A stretch of DNA of 59,917 nt, the filler included, from Sphacelaria rigidula (taxonomy: Eukaryota), in NCBI GenBank assembly GCA_964200075.2. It is 10 parts of 10 records of this genome, joined end to end, with 100 filler letters (N's around TTAATTAATTAA, not from the genome) between each part and the next. Parts side by side here need not be neighbours in the genome. Positions count along the whole stretch, not along the records: positions 1 to 5,902 come from CAXNAA020023618.1; positions 6,003 to 11,904 come from CAXNAA020023619.1; positions 12,005 to 17,906 come from CAXNAA020023620.1; 7 more parts are not named here. One strand, given 5' to 3'. Shown piece after piece: positions 1 to 12,229 of this stretch. Within the stretch, counting starts at the first letter, position 1; each line of letters opens with the position of its first letter. The translations under genes and the position numbers were made by a program. The notes under the pieces were generated by a model, which saw only the letters and a list, made by a program, of their open reading frames with translations, searched no databases and was not told the DNA's origin.

Positions 1-134
1 AGGGAGAGAAGCAACGACAGAGAGGAAGCTCCTCGCCCGCGTCCTTTGTGTGTCCCCGCTCGGCGTTTACCAAACTCTCGAGAGACAGGCATCACCGATC
101 TTACCAGCATAATAATATCCCAATTTTTCCATGA
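1..134 (-). repeat. Dispersed repeat fragment, unclassified; homologous to 34867-34990
   Basis: The reverse complement contains ...ggtaaacgccgagcggggacacacaaaggacgcgggcgaggagcttcctc..., which matches ...ggtaatcgccgaacgaggacacacaaaggacacgggcgaggagcctcctc... near 34922-34972 on another contig. Confidence 0.7.
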
Positions 135-2959
135 TGTCCCGAAACACCAAACTGCGGAGAGATTCCGTCGTCTCTTCTTGCCTATCGCCAACGCGAAAAT
201 CGATTTCTCTCTGTGCCACCCGGCTTTCCAACTCGACGCGCGAGGCCAAGTAAAAATGAACATAGGGTCCGACCACGGGCGAGACTCAAGGTCCCAAGTA
301 CCACCAACCAATTAACTCAGAGTCGCTCGGTTCCATCGTTCGACCTCTCGAGGGACAGCGATATTATGTACAAGCATACCAGGTGAACGAAGACAAGCAC
401 TCTATGACATAACGGCACCCCTCATCGGGGAGTTCACCCCCCATCCCCCCCTTCTCTGGACCGTCGTCATTGCTGTGCTATGTGGGCTTCGTTGGTCTCC
501 CGTCTAATCGCACGCTGTCGGCTGGCCTCCTCTTCATCTCTGTGTCATGAGGTCATGGAAAACAAGCTTCAGTTTTGCATCAAGTTCCGACTATATATAT
601 ATATACTATGTATGGGCTCGACAGCTTGAATATCGAAAATTAGTTTCAGTTTCGAATTCACTCACGAAATATTCTACGCTCTGTTTGCTTTGCCACAAAT
701 AGTTGCAGCACAAGGACTTTCGGCCAACTGCTCGGACTTTCGAAATGCAGTCGTCAAATTTCCATCGGCGGGCGTTTCATTATCGGGACTACGAGCATCC
801 CCCCCGCTCCCCCCCCCCCGAAATGTCCGAATTTTCCTCTTTTTTGTTCGTCCGAAAAATAAATGTGAGCGCAGATTTCGTGACCAGGTCAGGCAAGAGG
901 TCAATTATTCAAAACCAAATGTAGAATGGGGAAAACCAGTTCCAGGAAGATGCGAAAAGAATCTGAGAAAACGCCTCGTTTACCAGCTCCTTTATTATTA
1001 CGAAAAAAAGTCGAACTTTATCATTACGAACGAGTATAATTATACAGCCCTCATCATCACACATGTTTCGAGGATGCGAACGATTTTCTACGAGTACTGT
1101 ACGTGAACGCGGCTGAATTCGTAGCGGATCAGTTAATGTCCAACAATCGATTCATCCAACAATGAATTAGCCAGTAAAGCCATCCCAGGGTGGTATAAAG
1201 CACCCTCCATGCAGCCGGCATGCAACTACTCCGGTGTGTACCCTATTCGCACGAGCGAGCGTTCTGCTTCTAATATCACAAGCGGGACGTATATGGATCA
1301 CAAAGTCAAATGTGATAAATACTCGTAATAATTGATCATATCTACGTAGATAGTCTTCTACCAAAAACGTGCCAAAAGCCGTGCTACTTGGGCTTGTCTG
1401 CACTGTCTGTGTATCTCTGCTCCTGTTGACCTTCGCGCGCTGCCCGCGGAAAGGATGCCGAGCAAGTCGAAACCATCGGTAGTCAATAAGCATGTAGCTT
1501 CTGTACCGCCGGCTGCTGCCAAGACAGATGTGGATAGCGAGATAGGTGTGGAGCTGGCTGATCATCAGGAAGTGGCAGACACCCTTTCCTCCGCCACAGG
1601 TATACAACAATACACGGATCATCTATTATAGCAGAATCACCAACTGTACTGTAGCTGACGGAGTATAACACCCCTCATGTTTCCGTTTGAAGTGTCCTTG
1701 TTATCGAGATCACCAAAGCCTTGAATCTGACCCGTCTCCTTTTTCTTACTTCCATAGGGAATCATTTGTACTAACGCATGTGTTGGTGCTTTGAGTGTCC
1801 TGGCTCATATGAACCACCAGGTGAGAGACACCGTCGTGCAGGAGGGTGGTGTGCACCGCCACCTAGCGCGCAGAGATCTGCTCGTGTGCACGGTAACCCA
1901 GCGGCCGCGTGTGCGTTGCTGGCGTGCTGTAGGCGAGCAGTGTTGTGCTCGGCCGTTAGATTGCAGTGTTCCCCAGTGTGTTTGTTCCGCGATTGCGTGT
2001 GAATGTGCGACGCACCGAATTACTGGAAAGCTGTGCTTTTATCTTCTTCTCCGCATAGATAGAGTGTTGTACAACCGTGCCGGTACTCGAACGGGCTGTC
2101 GCACGTACCCCCCGGACTCTCCCGTAGTTTGATTCGAGTGCTAGCTCGTTACTTACGGCCTCTTACATGTGGCACAGCTGATGAGTACGTCGGTCGGCGA
2201 AATTCATGAGCTCGCGGTCTATGCGTGACCAGGAGAAAGGCGTCGTCTTTGAATCCATCTTCGTGTTTGACCTCTCGTATCATCACCCTAAAAACGAACC
2301 TAGGCGGTCTGCAAAACGTTTGTTCCAACAACGTCGACGGGACTGTTCTCTACTGTTGTCAGTACTATTCAGCATTCGTTGTTCCTACCTGCACTCCGCT
2401 AAACCGAGCCATCTTTATGGCGTGACTCAAGCCACATTTCGCCATAGACAGTAATGTGTTGTGCTGCATCCCCCCGCTATTGTACTGTGATGTCGCGTGC
2501 GACTCGAAACGCATCAAGATGTTATCCCCATCAACAAACGGGCCGATTGCTATATCCATGATGCCCGGCGGTTTGGAACAGACAGCCCGGGAATGGTCAT
2601 GCCCACCACTTTTGCATGCGTGTACCAACTATTGTGCTGAACAGTGTGCGTGCTGGTTTGCTTGTTCTGTGGGGACGCGGGTGGTTTGTAATACGAACAG
2701 CGTTTTTTGTTTCGACTCGGACGTGTACTAAAGGGGATAAAAGACTGAGCCAAAACAGTACATGAGTGTACTGACGGCAGGTGAGGCATGTAAACAGTTC
2801 ACAACTCGCGGAGCGGCTGTGTATTGCCGGAAGACCAGTTGCTATCGCAGCTCCTGGCACCATTTTCCACTGTTTTCTTGACAGCGATGGTGTCATCTCA
2901 CCAAGATATGACGGGTGTATCTTTGGAAAGATATCGTAATATGTCGACAGATCGCCTCA

Positions 2960-3293
2960 AAGCTTTCTGACGGTTGGGTCGTGCGTTCATATCTCGGAGC
3001 GATCTCGGATTTTTTCTCACACATTGCCCAACAGTGGGGAGCGAATATGTCATGGGTACACAGCAACAGCACTCGACTTGATGCTCGACGAGGGAAACAG
3101 AGTGCTGAACCCCTCTCGCGATATAGAAGAAAGGCAAACACCGCAAAAGGAAGGCAGAGAAGTAAAACAAACAAAAAGTAAGAAAAACTCCTGTGTTGGC
3201 CTTCCTTCTGTGTGGCCCCTGCTGGTCCGCCCACATATACCGAAAGGCGTAGACCGGCGTCCAGAATAAATGGGACGACAACACATACACATA
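2960..3293 (+). mobile_element. tRNA-derived SINE, copy 1 (head degraded)
   Basis: Colinear with 6362-6707(-), 10550-10840 and 48016-48243. Remnant B box (gcgttcatatctcgg). Ends CCAGAATAAATGGGACGAC followed by a CA-rich tail. Confidence 0.8.
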
Positions 3294-3835
3294 CTTGTAC
3301 ACGTGCTCCTTCCTTCCTTCGGCAGTGCAGGCTAAGATGACCTTTTTCGCGAGTGGTTCAAATGAAAACGTTGGCCGATTGTGATCGCCGTTTATTTTCC
3401 CCCGCGATTCTGAGCAGAGACAAGAAGGCTCGTCGTATGGCACAAAATCGCAAGTGTACATATGAAGGCTGACGTGATCTCGGGGTTTTACACCCGTGCA
3501 CCAGCACCCGAAGAAGACACAACCGCTGCAAAGCCACTTCGTAGCTTCTTGAACTTTGAAGAGATGGACAAGCACTTTTTCCCATCCCAATTCTGCACGG
3601 ACCGAAGCACAGCAGCAGTACAGCACCTCAGGCAACCACAAGCGTAAATGAAACCACGTCCGTTGGGTTCAAACACACGGTAGGCAGTACAGCGACAGAT
3701 ACGACATGAAAAATTATGGTTGTGGACACAAGACACCTCGTCCGTTTTACAGAAGGCACGACAACAACCAACTTAGAGTAACGTTCATCATCAGTGTGTT
3801 TGTAGGCAGCATTGCGTGCCGACTGCAATTTTGAA

Positions 3836-4085
3836 AAGGCAGGTCGGACAGGGCATGTACTCTTGAAATACTTGGGTAAAATGCCCGGGTATGTACGCTA
3901 GCCAAGGTTTTAGTGAATTGAGTACGGCCTCGAATACTCCACTCAGAAGTTGGGTAGAATGGGTACGACCTCGAATACTCTACCAAATTATTGGGTGAGC
4001 ACTGTCAGCAGTATGTGGGTATAGAGTATCGCTTGGGTATGACCTCAATAGTGTACCCAATTTTGGGGTGGATTGGGTACAATTC
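3836..4085 (+). mobile_element. MITE-like repeat (AGGGCAGGT-terminus family), 3'-truncated
   Basis: Starts aaggcaggtcgg. Contains repeated gggtacgacctcgaatactctacc subunits shared with 4983-5287 and 54225-54457(-). Confidence 0.65.
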
Positions 4086-4333
4086 AGCACGTCATTTCTC
4101 GATCGAAAAAAATAGTGCGGTGGAATTGACTTGAGCAAATTCGTTCATTTATCGCTATCTTCTCTCTTCCTTCCTTTCGGCGTACACTTCTGACAGATCT
4201 GGCGTTTGTTGTTTGTTTGTTTGTTTCTTTCTTTTCTCTCCCCGTTGAACTCGGGGGAGCTACTTGTCACCGGTTTTCGTGGCGTCGCTCTTCTTATTTT
4301 TTTTCTTTATTTTGGTGATGTGTCTNNNNNNNN

Positions 4334-4396
4334 ATAATAATAATAATAATGATAATAATAATAATAATAATAATAATAATTAATAATAATAATAAA
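4334..4396. repeat. (ATA)n microsatellite next to an internal N gap
   Basis: Seen directly in the sequence. Confidence 0.95.
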
Positions 4397-4982
4397 ATAT
4401 CGCGAGCTGTGCCCAAGCGAATTTGCAAGCTTTCGATTAAAAAAATATTGGAATTCGCGAAGCGTACTTATTCGCCTGTCTATAGTTCAGTTTCGTCCTG
4501 TCTGCGCCGTGTGCTCTCAGTATGTCTGGGTGTGCGTATTTCCTATAGTAGGATGGATGTAAAAGAGAAACGGGCAACGTGCAGTGCAGACAGCGCAGGA
4601 CTATCTGTACATTCTGCTCACCATGCGACGTGAAAAGGACTTGAACAATGCGCAGCTTTGACTGCTTTTGTTTTCCATGAGTATACGCACGTCGGTCGTC
4701 CACCCTACCACGCAGTTCCGTTGCCAATCCCTGCCATGAAGAAAGATGCTTAAGTTTTCGCCACCGGAAAATAATAACATATTACTCAACCACTGCAGTG
4801 TGTCATTCCCTGTGCCCAACTCGTGCTCTATGCCACATGGTTGCGATGATGGAGGAGAGTGTTTCGAGGGGAGTTTGCGTAGTTGTGCAAACGGGTGGTA
4901 TTTAGTGTGGTGGTCTGCAAGATGAGGGTCAAGTGCCCCTTCGTACCTTTCCTGCGCATGTATTCGATCGAAAAACCAAGAC

Positions 4983-5287
4983 CCCGGGTCGGGTAAGGTA
5001 TGTACTTTTGAATACTCGGGTAAAATACCCGGATATTTTCTCTGTCCAATTTTTGGGTAGATTGGGTACGACCTGAAATACTCTACCCGAACACTGGGTA
5101 AGCACCCTAGGCAATACCCCGGGTATGGAGTTTCGCTTGGGTGTGACCTCAATCCACTACCCATAAATTGTTTATGTTGGGTACGATCTCTAGTACTCCA
5201 CCCACATTGTGGGTAGATTGAGTATGTTGGGTTACTAGACGTATGACCAAATACCGAGTACTTGGTATCCCCTACACCACCTGCCCT
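4983..5287 (+). mobile_element. MITE-like repeat (AGGGCAGGT-terminus family), near full length
   Basis: The 5' part matches the reverse complement of about 54400-54457. It ends cacctgccct, the inverse of the agggcaggt family start. Internal subunits are hairpin-like (ccaatttttgggta). Confidence 0.65.
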
Positions 5288-5902
5288 TGCAATTTTTGTA
5301 CCGAGCGGGACACGACGACAACAGTACAGCAGTTTGAGCAATCCCCCGCGCAGATCAAACCATCTTCGCGCGGTTCAAACGTACCCCAACACTGCAGCAT
5401 CAATCAGCTACAGCAGAAGGAATGGTGGGTCTGAGCACAACGCGCCTTCTTCTGAAAGAGATACAGTAGTCAGCGTCAGAAGTATGCAGAATCCGTAATT
5501 TCTTATTTTCTCAAAGATTGTCCGAATTTGTTTTGCTTGCCACTGCTCATCACAGTGACTGTTGGATGCCAAAAAATAGGCATCCGGAGGTATTGTAATC
5601 CTCTTGACAAGTGTTGAAAGAAAAATTATCTGTGATCAATAATGAGTGACTTACGGGCTTGACCGATCTCGGGGGTCCTACGAAAATACGACCCCAGGCT
5701 CTAGCTTTTCGGTATTTTCGGTATTTTCGGTGGACCGACTCGATCCGGATCATATGAGTGAAGACTATAAAAAAACGTTTTTTTGAAATTCCACCTAGTC
5801 ACTGCGCTGAAGCAGGAAAACTATGTTTCTCGGACCATTTACGACCAATAACACCCTCCTGATAAACGGGGTCTCTACCCGGTATCGCCCCCACAACACC
5901 AA

Positions 5903-6002
5903 NNNNNNNNNNNNNNNNNNNNNNNNNNNNNNNNNNNNNNNNNNNNTTAATTAATTAANNNNNNNNNNNNNNNNNNNNNNNNNNNNNNNNNNNNNNNNNN
6001 NN
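5903..6002. other. Artificial contig spacer N44-TTAATTAATTAA-N44 (first of nine: also 11905, 17907, 23909, 29911, 35913, 41915, 47916, 53917)
   Basis: Identical 100-bp spacers with stop codons in all six frames. They separate segments of exactly 5902 or 5901 bp in descending order. Confidence 0.99.
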
Positions 6003-6068
6003 TTTTTGATGAGGGGAGGACGAAAAAAGTTGCTTCCGTGGTGACGTTTTTTGTGTTGAATTTTCTCG

Positions 6069-6117
<49 letters not shown>

Positions 6118-6361
6118 GTAGCAAGAAAACAAGTTAGTTAGTAAGACACCTCTCATTCCGATCTTCGTGTGCGAAATGAGGGAACAGGGCCTGAAGAACT
6201 GGGCTAAGCTAATGAAGATATTCCAACCCATGCACAAATAGACATACGATACCCGCATTTCCGGTGAGACTACGAGGAAAAAGATTCTGAGCGTGGGTCT
6301 AGAACACGACCTGTCAAAAGTAATAGCTTCATAACCAAATTGTGCAACTGTACACGCGTAC

Positions 6362-6707
6362 AGTGTGTTGTGTGTGGCCATCCCCTCTATTCTGGACACC
6401 AGTCTATTCTGGCGCACCAGACGGGGTCACACAGGAGGAAGGCCAGCACAGGTTTTTTTTTGTTAACTTGTTTTAATTTTCCACCTTCCTTCTGCCGTGC
6501 TTGCCTTTATTTTTTGATCGCCAGGGTGGTTCAGCGGTCCCTTCCCCCGGTCGACCGTTAAGTCGAATTTTGTGTACCCACGACATGGTCGTTCTCCACT
6601 GTTGAGCATTGTGTGAGAAGAAATCCCAGATCGCTCCGAGATTCGAACCCACCACCAAACCGTCAGAAGGTGTCGAGATTACCACCTGAGCCACCGGGGC
6701 GACTGGC
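6362..6707 (-). mobile_element. tRNA-derived SINE, copy 2 (intact Pol III head)
   Basis: The minus strand begins GCCAGTCGCCCCGG-TGGCTCAGGTGG (A box, 6682-6693) and has GGTTCGAATC (B box, 6640-6649), followed by the shared body and a CA-rich tail. Confidence 0.85.
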
Positions 6708-7944
6708 TAGCGACAGTACTTGTCAATAACTCGTATTCTTGTGCATAGTATTTAGTAGTATGGTCACTGTCCCAGACCGCATTGCACGGACAGCAACACC
6801 TCCTACGAGTCAACGTTTCGTTGCTTGAAACATGATTTCATTGGAATATGATTCTTTGAAAACATTGGTATGGGCACATTAGGTTCCGGGACAGTCAAAC
6901 TCGCACTATCAGCGACCACGCACGCGAACTAGAAAGTTAACGGAAACACGCACGCAAAAACATTCTGTTGCGCAGACACTTTTCTACCAGTGATGTTACT
7001 TTATTATTTGACGTGTTCCGAGTGACGGCCAATTTCCAAGGGGCGACCTGTCTTCTCCGCGTAACGAACCCCCCTCCCTCGCCCCCTCCCCCGCCCGCGC
7101 CCCGCCACCCACAACAGACCCTTCAAGCCTCAGTTGGGGAGCATGACTGTTGTCCCCCAAGAAGCGGGTGCTTGAGCCCTATCGGCCCCCTTTCACCGGG
7201 AACTCCCCTGCGGGGTTCGTTTCCCCACAGTCATGCTCACCAGGTAAAACACACATGGCTTCCGCGAGATGATCTATCTGAACCCCCGGGTACTCGGCAA
7301 ACGAATCCTTTTACTGGGTAAGTGTTGGGTGAGGTTTTCTACTTCCTTCAAGGAAAGGAAAAAGAAAAAGTTGAACACCGAGCATGGCACGGTACGGTAC
7401 GGTATGCGCTGAGTTCCTGCTATACGTACCCAACCATGGGCCGCAAGCCATCGATACGTGGAAACGGCTAGCGCGTCTGGTAATGCTACGTACTTACTGT
7501 CGTTCCGAATAACTTACTGTCGTTCCGAATAAGCCGCATGCCCAGCACACTCTATGAATATACTGTGTATTGTGTGTGCGGGAAAGGAGGAAAATAAGTA
7601 CCCGTGCGAAAACAAAGAATCGGTGGATACTAATCACCATGTAATAGACATTTTGAGTGGGGTATGTTTTTTCAGAGGGACGCGCGCGCGGGGGGCGGGG
7701 GGGGGGGCGGGGAGGAGATAAGTGTTGGTGCGACAAATAACAACGAGAAAAGTTAAGTTTCTCGATCGATAACTCCTTGTGAACGCAGACTCAGGTGCAC
7801 AGGATTGAGATAGCCGTATTGGTTGGGACATATTTTCTCTATCATCTTATTTGCAAAAATACACGCCTACAAAGTCATATTTCTCGAGGCGAGACGTCAT
7901 TTTACCCGAGCCTTGTGTTGTATCCATGCACGCACATACGCACG

Positions 7945-8179
7945 CACGTACGTACGTACGTATGTATGTATGTACGTTTGTATGTATTATGCACTTTTTT
8001 TGTCACACTGAGAACTCCTCCCCTTTCTCGGGACGAGTCCGTGATCTCAAGGGGTCGAACCATCTCTCCCTGGTATGTATGTACGTATGTACGTACGTAC
8101 GAATGTATGTATGTATGTATGAATGTGTATGTCTGAGTGTATGTATGTATGTATGTATGTATGTACGTATGTATGTATG

Positions 8180-8213
<34 letters not shown>

Positions 8214-8310
8214 TGTATGTATGTACGTACGTATATATGTATGTACGTATGTATGTACGTATGCATGCATGCATGCATGCATGCATGCATGTACTGTATG
8301 AATGAATGAA
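7945..8310. repeat. Compound (TATG)n/(TACG)n/(CATG)n microsatellite
   Basis: Seen directly. It explains the spurious MYVC/HTYI ORFs in the track. Confidence 0.95.
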
Positions 8311-8629
8311 TGCGCTTCGACTTTGTAGGTATGTTTGAGTTTTCTTATTTTGCGCCGACCACTGGACTCTTGTTTTGTCACCGCGGCTGAACAACACGTA
8401 CATATCAGCGCAGGTAGTCGCTGATGACGATGATGGTAGGAGATCGTTGCTGGTGACTCGGAGACTCCTGAGCGATGAGGATGGCGACGGTGATCGCTTG
8501 TTGTGCTGCTCTGTTCCTCACACCGAAGGTCAGTGATGAAATAAACCGTAAAATTCTTGAGGAGGTTGTGTGTATAGATAAATGTGTATATGTACGTCAC
8601 GTGCGACAGAGGAGAACCGATGAAAAAAT

Positions 8630-10318
8630 CAGGGGTCTACACGTTACACTTGCCACGACGTTACACGTTTTGTTCACGTTCCGTTTTGGCCGAAACGTAA
8701 CGCGGACGGTAATTTTTATATTCGTGATGAACGTAACGTGGACGTAACGTTAATATTTCAAATGAAACGTCAACTAACGTCAAATGTTTCTGATGTGCCA
8801 AACGAAACGTAACGGGACTAATTGCCCAAACGTTCAAAACACGTCATATGAAACGTTTCATGGAACGTGTAGCGTATATTACACGTTACACGTGCATCAG
8901 ACGTCACACGTTACATAAAAGGTTTCATATTACATTTCACGTTACATGAAACGTCACAAACACGTTACATGAAGCAGTGCACAGTTCAAGTATCGGCGAC
9001 TTTCGAAATCCTGGAAGACAAAGTAACTAGTATACAACGGTACAAGTACAGGCCGTGTATTCTGCCAACAGTACGAGGTTACAAGTACACGCTGTACTTT
9101 GCAAACACAGTACAAGTGTAGGATGTATTTGTAACCTTACGCTACTGTATTTCCGACTACAGACTGTACTCTGCAACACAGTAGCACAAAGTTACAAGTA
9201 CAGCCTGTACTCGCGACCACAGAGGACAGTATTGCAGTCCAAGGTTACAAATACAGTCTGTACTCACGAACACAGTACGACGTGGTCGCTGTACTTTGCA
9301 AATACAAACACCCTGTACGTTGCACACGCAGTATTCAAGTACGAGGTAGTCAATCATTTGTTCGCGACAATGGGAGACAAGCTCGCATTTGGCAGCGGTG
9401 ATGTCGGTAATGTCTTCAGTTCTACACCGTCTTGACTGTAAGGTTCAAGGCTACGCGCAGATGCACGTACATGGTAGTGCATGCAGATGCAGAGGATATG
9501 ACTTGTGCCTACACTACGGTGCACGTGCAGGCTCTACTTTGTTTGTAAACACCCGTAACCGTCTTAGATTCCAAAAAAGTGGGCTCCCGAATTAAAAAAA
9601 AAAACGACGCAAGATCGGTTATAATAAAAGGTGTGGGTGGATTTTTATTTCCCCCCACATGGGAGGATATATTGTTTCCGCTAGATAGATGCATTGCTTG
9701 CCTGAACCGCGGTGTAAACCTATGATACATACATATGTGCATATATATGTGCGCCTGCCCTTGACGGCCGTGATGAACTGTCTTATTTGTCCATGTATAC
9801 ATGTATACATATATAGAACCAAGGGTACCCGATATAGTTTCGTCTGCAAAATGCCAGGACGACTCTAGCCGGCGTTCAATCATGTTCACGATCTGTTGTG
9901 TGTACAGTATGTGCTGTCGTGCGAATGACCAAGCATTTGAGAATTGAAAAATTGAAAACACCAAGATGAAAAGAAAACAGGAGATATGAAAATATTACGG
10001 TCAAAAACGAATGAACGATACACTGTAGAGAGAGTAACGTTACACACTCAGATAACGCGCGCCTACGCTCAAACATCCGACGGGCCACCGTCAGCGTTAC
10101 GTACACGGTGGCGTCACGCGGTACACGACACGACACAACGTCTTGAACACTGTTTTTACGTGATGAACGTAATGTGGACGTTACGTCAAATTTTCGAATG
10201 AAACGTTGACGTAACGTCAATGTTTTTCAGTATGTCAAACGAAACGTAACGCGAACGTTGAATGTTACAGACGTGATGAACGTAACATGAAGTCGAACGT
10301 GTAACGTTTAGACCCCCG
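8630..10318. mobile_element. Non-autonomous hAT-like DNA transposon
   Basis: 20-bp TIRs CAGGGGTCTACACGTTACAC / GTGTAACGTTTAGACCCCCG (18/20). Flanks gaaaaaat (8622-8629) and gaaaaaac (10319-10326) give a 7/8 match for an 8-bp TSD. Dense ACGTTAC/GTAACGT subterminal motifs. No transposase ORF. Confidence 0.8.
9030..9345. repeat. Degenerate tandem repeat (GTTACAAGTACAG.CTGTACT) nested in the hAT-like element
   Basis: The motif recurs at about 9040, 9078, 9190 and 9244, with one inverted copy near 9125. Confidence 0.65.
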
Positions 10319-10451
10319 GAAAAAACGACCGTCCATTTTTCAGTTAAGCTGTTAACTGTTGAGTCAATCAAGGGACAGCATTAAGGAGCTGCTTTTTTCT
10401 GCCTGTACTTGATCGAGTGATTCTACCCTCCTTCTCGTTGCTTACTTTTCC

Positions 10452-10492
<41 letters not shown>

Positions 10493-10549
10493 CCGTTGGA
10501 TAAAGGTCCCTCTTGCTTTGTGTTTTCGTTTCGTTTTTTTGGAGTGAAT

Positions 10550-10840
10550 GTTTTTTCTCACAATGCTCAACAATGGAGAGAGACCATGTCATGGGTACAC
10601 AAAATCCGACTTGATGGTCGACGAGGGAAATGGACTACTGGACCCCTCTCGAGATAAAAAAGAAAGGCAAGCACCGCAGGAGTAAGGTGGAGAACTAAAA
10701 ACAAACAACAAGGGGGAAACACTCCTGTGTTGGCCTTCCGCCTGTGAGACCTCGGCTGGTGCGCCCACATATACTCAAAGGTGTAGATCGGCGTCCAGAA
10801 TAAATGGGATGGCAACACACACACACACACACATACACAC
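10550..10840 (+). mobile_element. tRNA-derived SINE, copy 3 (5'-truncated)
   Basis: Contains catgtcatgggtacacaaaatccgacttgatggtcgacgagggaaa and ends ccagaataaatgggatggc plus (CA)n. Confidence 0.85.
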
Positions 10841-11727
10841 GAATGGTCGCCTTGTTTCTGCCATGTCGAAAAGTGCACCTTCTTTCTCTTCTCTTCTCTC
10901 CTCTCCTCTTCTCTTCTCTCTCCTGATCCTACTTTTGCATTCGGACAACAATGTACAAACAAGCACAGCGGTGCCCTCCCCCTTATGCTTCTCGATAGCC
11001 ATTGCGCCGCCGGAGCGGATACTGACCAACGCTGCTGAAATCGGAGCAGCATGGACTTCCGCGAACAAAGAGCTCGATGGTGTTCCGATGACGCAGTCCC
11101 ACAGGTACACGTGTGTATGTTGTCGCCCGAATGTCGAGAAATAGAGTCCGCCTTTCCCGCTGTTTCTTTTGTTGATGCCCGCTATCCTCCAGCCGTGCGT
11201 GTGTTCAACCATCTGACTCCAAGTTGTTGCCATTTGGAATCCTCATGTATGCCAACGCCAGCGGGCTTGACTTGATTTTGGTTTGCGGAATCCCGCACCA
11301 AAGAGCCTCGAATTTCGTCGCCAGCCAAGGGCTCATGAACATCTTCATCACGGGGCTTGTGCCTTCTTCCTTTCCGGGCAGCATGCCTCCTCCCCCTCCC
11401 ACCGCCCTCTCTATTTTTCGGGGGGGGGCGGGGGGGGGGAGGGGGATGGAGGAAATGCCTCTCAAATGTTATCCTTGGGTTGTGTTCCGGTATATATGCC
11501 TCCAAACACTCATGTCTACACGTTACAACTCGTATACATAACACTCCCGGCACAATCAAGCTTGGTACAAAAACGCTCACCGCCATTCCGGCGACATCAG
11601 TCCCCGCCGATGCGTATCCTGACATTTCGTGACACCGCCTACATTCCAGAAACGGGCTTTTGCTATGGAATCGTGGCTTTGTTTCGTTCTTTGTTTCCCA
11701 TCATACTTTCACCCACCCCCACCCCGA

Positions 11728-11895
11728 CCCCCTCTCCCCCGTGCTCCATCTCGAAAGGGATGCGTGGTCAATGATCAAACGACTAAGGCAAGCAACAAAT
11801 GAGCACGCCCCCTCCCCACCATACTCCGTCTCGAAAGGGGTGCGTGGTCAATGGTCAAACGACTAAGGCAAGCAACAAATGAGTACGCCCCCCCC
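11728..11895 (-). repeat. Two tandem 80-bp units of the GGGGGGTACTCAT-head module
   Basis: ctcgaaaggg.tgcgtggtcaatg.tcaaacgactaaggcaagcaacaaatgag occurs at about 11750 and 11830. An inverted homologue lies at 36084-36160. Confidence 0.85.
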
Positions 11896-12229
11896 TGGCC
11901 CCCCNNNNNNNNNNNNNNNNNNNNNNNNNNNNNNNNNNNNNNNNNNNNTTAATTAATTAANNNNNNNNNNNNNNNNNNNNNNNNNNNNNNNNNNNNNNNN
12001 NNNNTTTTCTTACTAAGATTGTTTTGTTGTTTGGGTGGTTGTCAACAGGAAATATTCACGACGTTGACCTTAATTTCTTAAGTGTTTTTTTTTTTTTTTT
12101 TGTCGCTGGCCGCTGACCGCTGGAACCTTGCGGTTCATCCGAGCTGTCGTTTGTTGAAATCGGCCCATGAACGCTAGATTCACGTCCGTTCATGTATCCA
12201 CTCGTACTAACAATGTTCCCCCTTCAATA

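Noticed and set aside
1455..1820. Possible exons MPSKSKPSVV...SSAT (1455-1599) and GIICTNACVGALSVLAHMNHQ (1758-1820)
   Set aside because: The splice sites look plausible but the phases are incompatible: joining them gives an early stop. No recognisable homology.
2893..3641. ORFs of 113-247 aa, with similar peptides at 6340, 10567 and 48041
   Set aside because: The peptide similarity comes from shared non-coding SINE sequence, and frames are not conserved between copies.
5947..5958. TTAATTAATTAA repeated every ~6 kb as a biological periodic motif
   Set aside because: It is always embedded in N44 flanks, so it is a synthetic six-frame stop linker.
6630..6707. Genuine tRNA gene
   Set aside because: It has A and B boxes but no proper acceptor or T stem pairing, and it continues into a multi-copy body, so it is a SINE head.
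7795..8600. Overlapping ORFs rich in MYVC/HTYI
   Set aside because: These are translations of a tetranucleotide microsatellite.
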